Source: a virus
Taxonomy: Duplodnaviria; Heunggongvirae; Uroviricota; Caudoviricetes
Reading direction: 5' to 3' (one strand)
DNA length: 64,000 bases
IMG/VR virus record: IMGVR_UViG_3300009093_000042
Location: 1 to 64,000 of that record
Shown here piece by piece: positions 16,839 through 25,127 of the stretch. The position numbers and the translations under genes were made by a program. The notes below the pieces were generated by a model, which worked only from the letters and a program-made list of their open reading frames with translations, was not told where the DNA came from and made no database searches. Within the stretch, counting starts at the first letter, position 1, and the number at the start of each line of letters is the position of its first letter.

Positions 16839-18299
16839 TCACAGCTTTCGGTCGCGGATCGCCTGGGCCAGTTTGGAACCAATCATGGTCAGTGCCTTGT
16901 AGTACTCCTCGCTCAGGTGATTCTCGCTGTACTCGTGGCCGAACTCGTGGATGATCAGGTCATCAATTTCCTGCTGGTTCGTCTCACGATTGAACCAGTC
17001 GTAGCCGAGCCGACCGACGTTGAACACCAGGGTCCCGCTCGGGCCGTAAGTGGCACCGTAGGGCCAGGTTGCTTCCGCCGCAAAGACCACGCTGATACTT
17101 TTGCCGAGCACGATCCGGGCGAACGCTTTGGCGTAAGTTTCCACGTGCTGCATCCCGACCGTTACTTCCTTGACCAGCTTCAATGGCGCGCCGTCCGGGC
17201 TGTAGGGCTTGGGTGAAGGCGTGACCTGACCGGCAGGCAGCATCGCGCCCACGCTCTTGACGTTACTCCAGGCGGCCTTGCTGAGCTGATTGCCGGTGAC
17301 CACCGTGAAGCCAGCGGCAGCGGCACGGCTGTTGGATTCGATGTCGGACGGATCGTAGATGACGCGTTTCTCACCGAAGCGCTGAGTCATGCACGCCTCG
17401 ACCGCTGCGGGTGCGATGTCCGGTGAAGTCAAAGCTTCAGCGGCCCAGGACGTGTTGGCATCCTCGCTGTCGATGATTGTTGACATGTTATTCACAGCGG
17501 CTACTGCGAGCTGTTTTCGGAAGGAAGGCAGGACTTCTTCACGGTCCATCGTGAGCGGAACTTTCTGACCCACGTTGAAGATGTATTTGCCGTCGATCTC
17601 GCACACGGGTATCCCCATCTCGTAGATGGCAGCCGGGCAGCCTTCGCCGGGAACAGCGCGGTAAACTTCCACATTCGTCAGCCGGGTGGTTTTGACCATG
17701 TTGCCTTCACCGTCAGCGACCTCAGTGGCCAGGGCAGCTTTGAATCGCGTCATGCCCGGCGCACTGACGAGGGCTTTGCCGTTGATAGTCGTGATGATGG
17801 TCTTTTCGCCAACCGGAGGAATCAGCCGAGCGCAGGCATTTACAATCTGGTCGATCTCGTCCTTTTTCACGCGAATCATCATTGAGATCACCGAACCCTT
17901 TTCCCGCTTCAATCCTGGCGACCGTTGCCTGCCGTGTTTGGTAAAATTGACGGTGCCGGTGGTTGTGGAGACGCAGGCTTCTGAAGCGAGGGCCAGCACC
18001 AGCTTCTCGCCGAGGTTGAACCGACCGCGCTTTTCCGGGTTGGCCTTTTTCTTGGACTCAGCGAACAAGGTGTAGGCGTGCGTGAGGTCAGAGAATCCAT
18101 CCGGCGCATCGTCCGTCACACGCAGCATCGCCTGGCCAGGATACCCCGGCACCGACTCAAGCGTGACATCGACCTGAGTGACGCCTTCTTCGTCCCAGGC
18201 ATTCTGGATCAGTTCAAAGATAATGAACTCCTTGCCCTTGCGCTGGAGGATTTTCGCCAGCCCGTCTTTGTCTATTTCAAACCATGATGAAGTTTTCAT
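16839..18299 (-). CDS. GHKL (Bergerat-fold) ATPase fused to a C-terminal HExxH zincin-like motif
   Basis: N-box FELIQNAWDE, G1-like VTDDAPDGF, G2-like RGRFNLGEK, then IIHEFGHEYSENH near the C-terminus. ORF-track start 18317 is TTG inside the promoter. First ATG at 18299 sits 7 nt from a TACAAT -10 box. Confidence 0.6.
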   Translation of the reverse strand: MKTSSWFEIDKDGLAKILQRKGKEFIIFELIQNAWDEEGVTQVDVTLESVPGYPGQAMLRVTDDAPDGFSDLTHAYTLFAESKKKANPEKRGRFNLGEKLVLALASEACVSTTTGTVNFTKHGRQRSPGLKREKGSVISMMIRVKKDEIDQIVNACARLIPPVGEKTIITTINGKALVSAPGMTRFKAALATEVADGEGNMVKTTRLTNVEVYRAVPGEGCPAAIYEMGIPVCEIDGKYIFNVGQKVPLTMDREEVLPSFRKQLAVAAVNNMSTIIDSEDANTSWAAEALTSPDIAPAAVEACMTQRFGEKRVIYDPSDIESNSRAAAAGFTVVTGNQLSKAAWSNVKSVGAMLPAGQVTPSPKPYSPDGAPLKLVKEVTVGMQHVETYAKAFARIVLGKSISVVFAAEATWPYGATYGPSGTLVFNVGRLGYDWFNRETNQQEIDDLIIHEFGHEYSENHLSEEYYKALTMIGSKLAQAIRDRKL

Positions 18300-18349
18300 A
18301 CTCAGGATTGTAAACAATTACAGTCCAATGTCAATACACAAAGTGTATT
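18300..18349 (-). promoter_or_regulatory. promoter with -35 TTGACA, -10 TACAAT, near-leaderless start, plus upstream ATACAC-AAA-GTGTAT palindrome
   Basis: Minus strand CACTTTGTGTATTGACA-N16-TACAAT-CCTGAGT-ATG. Perfect 6-bp inverted repeat at 18335-18349. Confidence 0.55.
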
Positions 18350-18360
18350 TATTTTACCCT

Positions 18361-18699
18361 TTATTTAATAGGCTTTAATGCGTCATCGTGCGATTTGACT
18401 AGGCGCTTTAGTTTCAAGCTGAAGGGCGTATCACCGGAGCGTAGAGGCGGTAATTCCTCTGTCGTTTTCCTGTTCCTGGCCAGCGCCACGGCGGTCTTAA
18501 ATGGGTTGGGCAGCTTGAATCCGCCCACCCGGTTCAAGTGGACCCAGATCGCGGCCCAGTAGCCGAACATCTGGAACTTGTAGCGGGCCAGGGCGTCCCA
18601 GGCTTTCTTCTCCGCTTCTTCCAGGTCGGCTCGAAGGCGCGCCTCGATGTCGGTTACAGCGCTGCCACTTCGAATCTGCTTTTTTGTATCGGTTTCCAT
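18361..18699 (-). CDS. hypothetical protein (trimmed to internal ATG)
   Basis: The full ORF overlaps the UDG-like gene by 163 nt. An internal start reduces the overlap. Confidence 0.3.
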   Translation of the reverse strand: METDTKKQIRSGSAVTDIEARLRADLEEAEKKAWDALARYKFQMFGYWAAIWVHLNRVGGFKLPNPFKTAVALARNRKTTEELPPLRSGDTPFSLKLKRLVKSHDDALKPIK

Positions 18700-19103
18700 A
18701 CGATTGTTTTTCGGTCCTGGTATCCGGGCACCAGGAGCTTTTTGAATTCCATGTAGAGGTTGTTGCTGACACCGCGTGCAGCCGGGTGCGGCACTGACAG
18801 CATGGGTCCGCTCCATATCCAGGCCAGGGCGTTCTCGGCCTGCTTGCCGCAGGTGATCACGATCTCGGGGGCGCGCTCGGCCAGGACGTTGAGGATGTGC
18901 CCGTTGTCCGGCGCTACGACGCTGTTGGGAGCCTCGCCCACTATGGGGGTGGTGTTCTCGCAGATGGACAGGTCATCCACCAGGTAAATCAGGCGCTGAC
19001 CGGAGCGAGATCGGGCCAGAGCGCGCAGCCAGGACTCACGCGGCCAGCGGCGTCCGGCATAGACCGGCGACCAGGCGTTCTGGAGGAAGACTACGGCTTT
19101 CAT
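18654..19103 (-). CDS. uracil-DNA glycosylase superfamily protein (family 4-like)
   Basis: GEAPN (motif A-like) and HPAARG (motif B-like). Start trimmed to MKAVVFLQNAW, which gives ATGA coupling with 19100..19621. Confidence 0.45.
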   Translation of the reverse strand: MKAVVFLQNAWSPVYAGRRWPRESWLRALARSRSGQRLIYLVDDLSICENTTPIVGEAPNSVVAPDNGHILNVLAERAPEIVITCGKQAENALAWIWSGPMLSVPHPAARGVSNNLYMEFKKLLVPGYQDRKTIVWKPIQKSRFEVAAL

Positions 19104-19621
19104 ATCGCTTCTTTCGCTAGAACCAGCTCCACTTTCTCGACGCCGATTTTGCGTTGATCTCTCCACCAGCTTTCACGCCCCCAGTTGATGGCTAGGAGCT
19201 GCGCTTTCGCGGGGTCGTTGGCATACACTCCAATGCTGACTTTGGGAGCGGAGTCGCCCCACAGCGTGACATGATAGTCAAACGCACCGGACCCGATATG
19301 AAGCAGGTCGCGGCGTTCGGCTTCCTCCGCTGTGATCGTCGGGAAATCGGTAGGCGCTGGAATTGTGCTCCAGGACTGTGAGGTCGGGAGCGACTTGATT
19401 CCCTGCGGGCGCTTCCGACTGCAATACTTTCCATCCTTGGCGACCATTTTACCGGAGAGCAGATCAATCACGACGCCTTTGAATTTAGCCGTGTATTCGC
19501 ACGCTGATTTTATATCAAAGTGCCGGTCGCGGGCGACCCAGTGATTGAATCGTCCGATCCAGGAGAAGACGAGATAGTTGCAGGGGCGTTTGTCGGTGAT
19601 GGTTTGGGTGATAGTGTTCAT
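19100..19621 (-). CDS. hypothetical protein (173 aa)
   Basis: Minus ORF coupled to both neighbours. Confidence 0.5.
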   Translation of the reverse strand: MNTITQTITDKRPCNYLVFSWIGRFNHWVARDRHFDIKSACEYTAKFKGVVIDLLSGKMVAKDGKYCSRKRPQGIKSLPTSQSWSTIPAPTDFPTITAEEAERRDLLHIGSGAFDYHVTLWGDSAPKVSIGVYANDPAKAQLLAINWGRESWWRDQRKIGVEKVELVLAKEAI

Positions 19622-20622
19622 TATGCTGGCGGGTTGAAGTTTTCGTAAACAAATCGTTCAGTGTCGTCCACAGATAGTCCGGCTGCGGTAGCTGCTTTCC
19701 AGAGAGCCGAGCTGCGTTGGTCTTCTGCGCTGATGTCGCGGCGTTCGCGGAGACCTGGATTGGCTGCGAAGATCGCTTCCCATCTGGCAACGTCTTCGGG
19801 GTTGTGCTTCGTAATGGTGAATTTGGCCGGGCGTTTCCAGAAGCCGAATAGCTCGTCGTTTTTGCTTGGCTCGAACGTGGCGGTAAATTCCACTTCATCA
19901 CCCTTGCGCGGGAACATCACCTGGCCAGCGGCGTTGTATTCAGGAGCATTGCCGAAGGCGCGCACACCGTTGCCGAAGTCGATGGTGAGCTTGGTGACCA
20001 TTTTCCGAGGATCGAAGCCAGGAATAGTTTTGGTGGACAGGACAGTGCCTTTGACTGTGTGGCGGCCACTGAGAGCTTTGCCGGTCGCGGAGGCACGGCG
20101 CGCTTCGTCTTTTTCGCGGATGCTTTCGAGGGTGGTGATCTGCTTCTCGGACAGCTCACCGAAACGGCGCATCTTTTCCAGCATGTCCTTGGCGATCTTG
20201 GGAGCACGGGCCAGGCGGCACCAGCCGATGATGCTCATCGCCTCGGGGTGCGCGGTCAAGAAATCAGCTTCGCGCTTATTGCAAGCCAGGCGCTCGGCGA
20301 GGGCCACAGTGTGCTGTGCGATCATTCTGTCGAACCGGCGCAGATTTTCCACCTTGGCGGCACAGTCACGGCCAACCCAGTAGCCGGTGCCCGTGGGCGC
20401 GTGGACAATGGCGCAGGCGTACTTGAGAGTGTGGCCGCAACAGCCGCAGCGATTGGGTTGGTTTTGAGCTTTGAAAGTCTGCCAGAGCGGTTCGTCGATG
20501 ACATCCATCTCAGCCTCGACTGATCCATTTTCTCCTGCGTCCGGGTTGAAGCCGAGGACCACGCAGACAGCAACGAGCCGGAGTTCGTTCACCGGCAGTC
20601 CTTTAATAGATTCGTTTGTCAT
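19621..20622 (-). CDS. hypothetical protein (333 aa)
   Basis: Leaderless-type promoter (TTGACA-N16-TACATT-N6-ATG) upstream. Confidence 0.55.
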   Translation of the reverse strand: MTNESIKGLPVNELRLVAVCVVLGFNPDAGENGSVEAEMDVIDEPLWQTFKAQNQPNRCGCCGHTLKYACAIVHAPTGTGYWVGRDCAAKVENLRRFDRMIAQHTVALAERLACNKREADFLTAHPEAMSIIGWCRLARAPKIAKDMLEKMRRFGELSEKQITTLESIREKDEARRASATGKALSGRHTVKGTVLSTKTIPGFDPRKMVTKLTIDFGNGVRAFGNAPEYNAAGQVMFPRKGDEVEFTATFEPSKNDELFGFWKRPAKFTITKHNPEDVARWEAIFAANPGLRERRDISAEDQRSSALWKAATAAGLSVDDTERFVYENFNPPA

Positions 20623-20675
20623 GCCAGAAATGTAAACGAAATAGAATTGTTGTCAATACCCAAAGTGTAAATAGT
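20623..20675 (-). promoter_or_regulatory. promoter with -35 TTGACA, -10 TACATT, near-leaderless start
   Basis: Minus strand CACTTTGGGTATTGACA-N16-TACATT-TCTGGC-ATG. Shares GTATTGACA upstream context with the promoter at 18300-18349. Confidence 0.55.
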
Positions 20676-20744
20676 GAGAAATTTAATACCTCGTTGTAAG
20701 TGGCCTAACGACCGTAGTTAATGCGTGGTAATAGTGGATCGGGT

Positions 20745-20782
20745 GGGTGCCCGGCCCTCTTAGGGTTGGAGGGCCGGGTTTG
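20745..20782. other. strong GC hairpin (CCCGGCCCTC-ttagggttg-GAGGGCCGGG) followed by TTTGTTGG
   Basis: 10-bp perfect stem. Its role as a terminator versus a leader structure of the small plus ORF is unclear. Confidence 0.4.
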
Positions 20783-20793
20783 TTGGAGTGCGT

Positions 20794-20988
20794 ATGAAAT
20801 TTCGCTTAATAGCAGCACCGGTTGAGCGAGGGGACCTAAACAGGATTTTCTCTCTGTTCGAAGTCGCGCAATTCCTCGAAATAGCTGTTGAAGACCTGGC
20901 CCTGCGCGGAAAACTCTCGGGAAACGTCAGCCTGGATGGCTATACTTTCGAGGTTGTTCGCAGCGTGCAGGGTTCAAGTTTCAAATAG
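20794..20988 (+). CDS. hypothetical small protein (plus strand)
   Basis: GGAG sits 5 nt upstream of the ATG. Preceded by a strong GC hairpin. Convergent with the HerA-like gene. Confidence 0.25.
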   Translation: MKFRLIAAPVERGDLNRIFSLFEVAQFLEIAVEDLALRGKLSGNVSLDGYTFEVVRSVQGSSFK

Positions 20989-22734
20989 CGTTGCGCTGGC
21001 TCGGATTCTCAGCTCGCGATCCTGTTCCATCAGGTCGGGAGCGCGCAGGGCTGTTAGCGCGTTTCCAAACGTGCTGGAGTTCACGCTGTATCCCGTCGCG
21101 TCTGAAATCTCCTGGCGCGTGGCAAACTCCGGGAAGCGCGTCAGCAGGTAACTGAAAATCTTTCCCGCTGCGCCGCTCAGCTTATTCACCCAGAGATTTC
21201 TCAGAGCTTCACCTTTTGGCAACGGTTCAAAGTTTTTCAACAGGGCGCGAGCCTCGGGTATTGCAGTCAGCGTGTCGCCGCTGCGGATGATCGCGTTGTT
21301 TTTGGAAAGCTCGGTCAGCCCGTTGCCGAACGTGCTTGAAGTCACGCTGTAGCCGGATAGAAGCGCGGCCTGGCTGCGGGTCCGCCCTTCGGGATAACTG
21401 AGCAGCACGGTCAGAATCGCTGACGCACACTTGGAAAGTCCACCCGAGGATGGATCATGCACCGGCGATGAAAAATCGTGCCGAGTGGCGACAACTGGAG
21501 CCGGGATCGCCTTGGGTGCTACCGGTGTCGCAACCGCCATACTCGTCTTCTGGATCACGATCAATTTGTTTACAATATCGGTGCGTAGCGCTACCGCCTG
21601 ATTGGCCAGCTCAGAGAAGTTCACCACCGTCTTGCTGAAAGTAGTGCAGGCTTCCTCGATTCGCTTCAGAGTTTTTTCCTGCTCGGGCGTTAGCACGGGA
21701 ACTTCGACCTTTTCGATTCGCGTGTCCACGACCGTCACCGGCCTGGGCGCGACAGCGGCCTGTTCCGCTTTTACCAGCTTTTGTTTCAAAACAGCCACTT
21801 GTTGTTTCAAATGGGCCGGATCATTCTCGTTGGCGCGCTCAATCGTTTCACGAATCTCATTTCCCAGGCGCACGAGATCGACCTTGGCCAGCTTTTGCGG
21901 GATGATGACTTTTTCACCTGCCTTGGGCGTGGCTGATGAGTTGAAGGTCCGGCGCTGCCGGATGGTGATCCGTTGAAAGATGCGCAGCCAGCCGGGCGAC
22001 CATATCCAGCCCTCGCCGGTGTGAAGCGATGCCAGGGACTGCATCATGATGTCGCGCTGTTCCTTCGTGCCGTTGCGCTTCACCCAATCGTCGATGGCGT
22101 CCTGGTCCTGGGGCGAGTTGAGCTGAAGTACGATCAACAGTTCGGTCTGAGTGAAGACATTCTTATTGAGCACAGCCGGGCGCTGCGTGATCAGCGTCGT
22201 GCCAATCCCACGGATGCCTCCCCGGCGCACCAGGGCTTCGAAGGCTCCGAGCATTCGCTGCTGGCCGTCCTGGGGTTTCTGGGGAGCGAAAGAGTCGGCT
22301 TCGTCCACGAACAGGTGCAGCGGATTGCGGTTTTGATTTTTACGCCGGTAGAGGCGTTCGGCAAAGTCAGTGGCGAAGCGATCCTGCTGTGCGTTGCTTT
22401 CGGTCGAGGAGAGGTCGATGACGTAGTAGCCAGGATGGTCAACCACCATGTCGGCGATGACCCGGCCTGCCGTATATTCCAGTGGAACGTCCGCGTGCTC
22501 ACCGCCGATGATCACCACTGGCAAACCTTCGCGCAGACCGTTTGCTGATGAACGCAGGCCCCACCAGGCACCGGTCGGATCGAGCACGGCAAACGGCTGT
22601 GACGCCGCCACCAGCTCCTCGGCGATCACCGATCCTGTGTAGGTCTTACCGACCCGGCGCATGGCCATGATGGAACACGTCTGGGTGACGAAATCCAACG
22701 GCAGCGTCAGTTCCTTTGAGATTTTGAGGCTCAT
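20974..22734 (-). CDS. HerA/FtsK-superfamily P-loop NTPase (DUF87-like) with tandem C-terminal winged-helix-like repeats
   Basis: Walker A MAMRRVGKTY, AVLDPTGAWWGL, Walker B LHLFVDEADSF, and GIRGIGTTLITQRP. Two C-terminal repeats GYSV(T/N)SSTFGN(G/A)LT. Confidence 0.6.
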   Translation of the reverse strand: MSLKISKELTLPLDFVTQTCSIMAMRRVGKTYTGSVIAEELVAASQPFAVLDPTGAWWGLRSSANGLREGLPVVIIGGEHADVPLEYTAGRVIADMVVDHPGYYVIDLSSTESNAQQDRFATDFAERLYRRKNQNRNPLHLFVDEADSFAPQKPQDGQQRMLGAFEALVRRGGIRGIGTTLITQRPAVLNKNVFTQTELLIVLQLNSPQDQDAIDDWVKRNGTKEQRDIMMQSLASLHTGEGWIWSPGWLRIFQRITIRQRRTFNSSATPKAGEKVIIPQKLAKVDLVRLGNEIRETIERANENDPAHLKQQVAVLKQKLVKAEQAAVAPRPVTVVDTRIEKVEVPVLTPEQEKTLKRIEEACTTFSKTVVNFSELANQAVALRTDIVNKLIVIQKTSMAVATPVAPKAIPAPVVATRHDFSSPVHDPSSGGLSKCASAILTVLLSYPEGRTRSQAALLSGYSVTSSTFGNGLTELSKNNAIIRSGDTLTAIPEARALLKNFEPLPKGEALRNLWVNKLSGAAGKIFSYLLTRFPEFATRQEISDATGYSVNSSTFGNALTALRAPDLMEQDRELRIRASATLFET

Positions 22735-22754
22735 GCCTCAAAGAACGGAATCGT

Positions 22755-22994
22755 TTACTTTACTTCCAGGACGACGCGAAATTGGGCCAGACCACAGTTG
22801 GTGCAGCGCCGGAACTGGATGAATTGAGCGTTTTTGCCGTTGTTCTCGTCCGGGTCAGGATCGCCCCATTGACCCCATTCGTGGGTGTGGACGACTTCAG
22901 GATTTGCGGGGTGGACGTGGACGGCGAGGAGCGCGGTTCCTCCGACCACCAGGATTAGGGCCGCCAGAAGCGGCAGAAAGACTTTTTTCTTCAT
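22755..22994 (-). CDS. small membrane-anchored protein with CxxC
   Basis: N-terminus MKKKVFLPLLAALILVVGG and a CTNCG motif. Confidence 0.4.
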   Translation of the reverse strand: MKKKVFLPLLAALILVVGGTALLAVHVHPANPEVVHTHEWGQWGDPDPDENNGKNAQFIQFRRCTNCGLAQFRVVLEVK

Positions 22995-23403
22995 TTTTAC
23001 GTTTGCCCGTAGCTGCTGCGATTATGGGCAGAAGCTCGTCATGATATTTTAGAACGTAATCACGATGCTTTTGATCCAATTTTTCGGCGCGCCCACGCAT
23101 GTAGCCCAGTATCCAGAGGACAAAATCAATCTGTTCCTTGGTTAAACTTACGTTGGGGTGCTCGTGGCGAAGATCGCGGTCAATACCCAAGCTCTCAATT
23201 CCCAGATTCTTCGCCAGGATGTCGCGCATTCGAACGGCGGCATCGGCATAGACGAAGTCTGATCCAACAGTGGTGAAGTTAAAAACGCCATCGCGGTGCC
23301 AGGTCACCAGCACGGTTACGTCCTGACCGTGCTTTGCGGCGAGGGCGCGCAGTGTTTCAATGGGTACCGGTACCGGCGTCTTTTTCCATTTTGGAATCGG
23401 CAT
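22897..23403 (-). CDS. hypothetical protein (trimmed); C-terminus overlaps the next gene by about 98 nt
   Basis: The C-terminal 30 aa are low-complexity (GGRRNRAPRRPRPPRKS), so the true extent is uncertain. Confidence 0.35.
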   Translation of the reverse strand: MPIPKWKKTPVPVPIETLRALAAKHGQDVTVLVTWHRDGVFNFTTVGSDFVYADAAVRMRDILAKNLGIESLGIDRDLRHEHPNVSLTKEQIDFVLWILGYMRGRAEKLDQKHRDYVLKYHDELLPIIAAATGKRKNEEKSLSAASGGPNPGGRRNRAPRRPRPPRKS

Positions 23404-23662
23404 AAACTTGAGCGAGTTGTCGGTTGGCTTCTTCAATAGTTTTTCGAGTCGCGGGGGTCTCATGCTCCGGGTAGCAGTTCACGTAGATGCGGTCGTAAAC
23501 GCGCCAGAATTTTCCACCGAAACCAAGCGTGCCGATGAAGCGCCACTCGGTCGGGTGATTCCTCTTGCTCTGATTGTACACAAAGCTGTCGCGATCACCT
23601 TCAGAGGCCCCGCAGACCTTTACCAGGATGTCGTAGATGCGGTTGAGAGTGGCTTCTGACAC
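23357..23662 (-). CDS. hypothetical protein (101 aa)
   Basis: Globular-looking sequence (FIGTLGFGGKFWRVYD). Confidence 0.4.
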   Translation of the reverse strand: MSEATLNRIYDILVKVCGASEGDRDSFVYNQSKRNHPTEWRFIGTLGFGGKFWRVYDRIYVNCYPEHETPATRKTIEEANRQLAQVYADSKMEKDAGTGTH

Positions 23663-23663
23663 G

Positions 23664-24371
23664 TTATCCCCAGTAAACCAGCGGGTCTCTCCAGCTCGGG
23701 AACTTCTGGGTCAGCCACACATTGGCCGCTTCTTTGGCCTCATCAATGGCTTTGGATCGCGCCATAGCTTCTTCGCGTTTGTCCCAGTTCGCTTCCGGCA
23801 ATGGGTCGGATGAGTGCAGGACTTCTTTAGTAGCGGTGTCGATGACATCCACTCGCACGAATTTTGAGCTGACGCCCATTTTGTCTGCTTTATGCTCGCC
23901 GGTGGCGCGGTCGTAAATCTCCTCCTTCTTTTCGTCGAGGTAGGTGCTTCTGAAAGTGTAGCGCGGATTGAGACCGATGTGTGCGTTGTAATCGTAAAAA
24001 GCGGCTTTGAAGAAAATGCTACCGCGTTTGCGACCTTTGTCGTCCAGCAGATCACTCCACATGGAATGGCCGCTCGGACGTTTGGTCCAGCCTTTTGGGA
24101 AACTGCATTTCCAGAAAATACGGTCGGTCTTTTCGCCGAAGGTGAAGCCCAGTTTTTCGAAGTCCTTCACGGTGCAACCCTGCATGTCGATGGGCAGTGT
24201 CTCAAGCTTGGCCTGGGCCTGCTGGCCTTCCCGCTCCTGGGCTTCGATGCCGCCCGGCGTGGCAGCACGAATAGAGTTTGGTATATCTCCGACAGCGGCG
24301 GCGGCCATGGACGCCATGTTCGGTCCGCCCCGATGGACGTGGGTGAATCCTCGTTCTTTGCGTGTTTTCAT
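23664..24371 (-). CDS. hypothetical protein (235 aa)
   Basis: Minus ORF. Confidence 0.5.
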   Translation of the reverse strand: MKTRKERGFTHVHRGGPNMASMAAAAVGDIPNSIRAATPGGIEAQEREGQQAQAKLETLPIDMQGCTVKDFEKLGFTFGEKTDRIFWKCSFPKGWTKRPSGHSMWSDLLDDKGRKRGSIFFKAAFYDYNAHIGLNPRYTFRSTYLDEKKEEIYDRATGEHKADKMGVSSKFVRVDVIDTATKEVLHSSDPLPEANWDKREEAMARSKAIDEAKEAANVWLTQKFPSWRDPLVYWG

Positions 24372-24405
24372 TGATTGGTTGGTTAGGTGGTTAGGTGGTT
24401 AATTC

Positions 24406-24834
24406 TTACTCAAACGCGCCGCTGGCCTGTAATTGCAGGGCGGCAGCAGCTCCTCTCATGAGCATGTCCACATCTTCGGCGGTGGCTTTGCCGTTTGTCC
24501 ATTCGGACAGATTGACCAGCATTTTGCGATACTGGCGATCACTGTAATCCTTGCACCACTTCTCGAAGACTTCCTGGAAGTTGGCGCTGGTACGCAATGG
24601 CGTGAAGTGTTCGCCGAGGTCGGCGGCCATCAAATCGAGTTTTGTCTTGTAGTCGGTGTCGGGCAGCAAGAGAGTTTTTGTCTCCCGCGCCATGACCTCA
24701 TCCAGGACATCTTGCGGGTCTCGCGACGGGTCTTTTGCTTTGGCAGTTTCCAGGAAGATGTCATTTATTTTTCCGGCCTTCTCCATCACTTCTTCCAACT
24801 GCCTCATTGCTTTGAGTTTATTTAGTGCGCTCAT
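24406..24834 (-). CDS. hypothetical protein (142 aa)
   Basis: Minus ORF. Confidence 0.5.
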   Translation of the reverse strand: MSALNKLKAMRQLEEVMEKAGKINDIFLETAKAKDPSRDPQDVLDEVMARETKTLLLPDTDYKTKLDLMAADLGEHFTPLRTSANFQEVFEKWCKDYSDRQYRKMLVNLSEWTNGKATAEDVDMLMRGAAAALQLQASGAFE

Positions 24835-25127
24835 GGTTTGTTTAATCGGTCAACTCGCCAGACTTGGTCCTGTCCACAATAGAAAGTCCAGTCATTGGCT
24901 CCTACATAAGAACCGTGATCGTCGCGGCCTATAACCACCACGGCGATATGCGTCTTCCAGGCGTTGCTTGGGACAGGCAGCGTCTGACCTGGAGGTAAAT
25001 TGAGGCAGAGGAGCTGATTCTCTGAAATGACATCGAGATTAGCGGTCGTGTTATTGACCACGGTCAACTGCTGCGAGGCACAGCCGCACAACAGGGACAA
25101 GAAGATGACCATCTTCACCAGCTTCAT
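24831..25127 (-). CDS. putative lipoprotein
   Basis: N-terminus MKLVKMVIFLSLLCGCAS, a signal peptide with a lipobox-like LLCGC. Confidence 0.5.
   Translation of the reverse strand: MKLVKMVIFLSLLCGCASQQLTVVNNTTANLDVISENQLLCLNLPPGQTLPVPSNAWKTHIAVVVIGRDDHGSYVGANDWTFYCGQDQVWRVDRLNKP

Noticed and set aside
20745-20782. Strong GC hairpin called as a rho-independent terminator for the HerA-like gene.
   Set aside because: The minus-strand side lacks a U-run. On the plus side the T-run is short and leads directly into an SD and ATG. It is reported only as a hairpin of unknown role.
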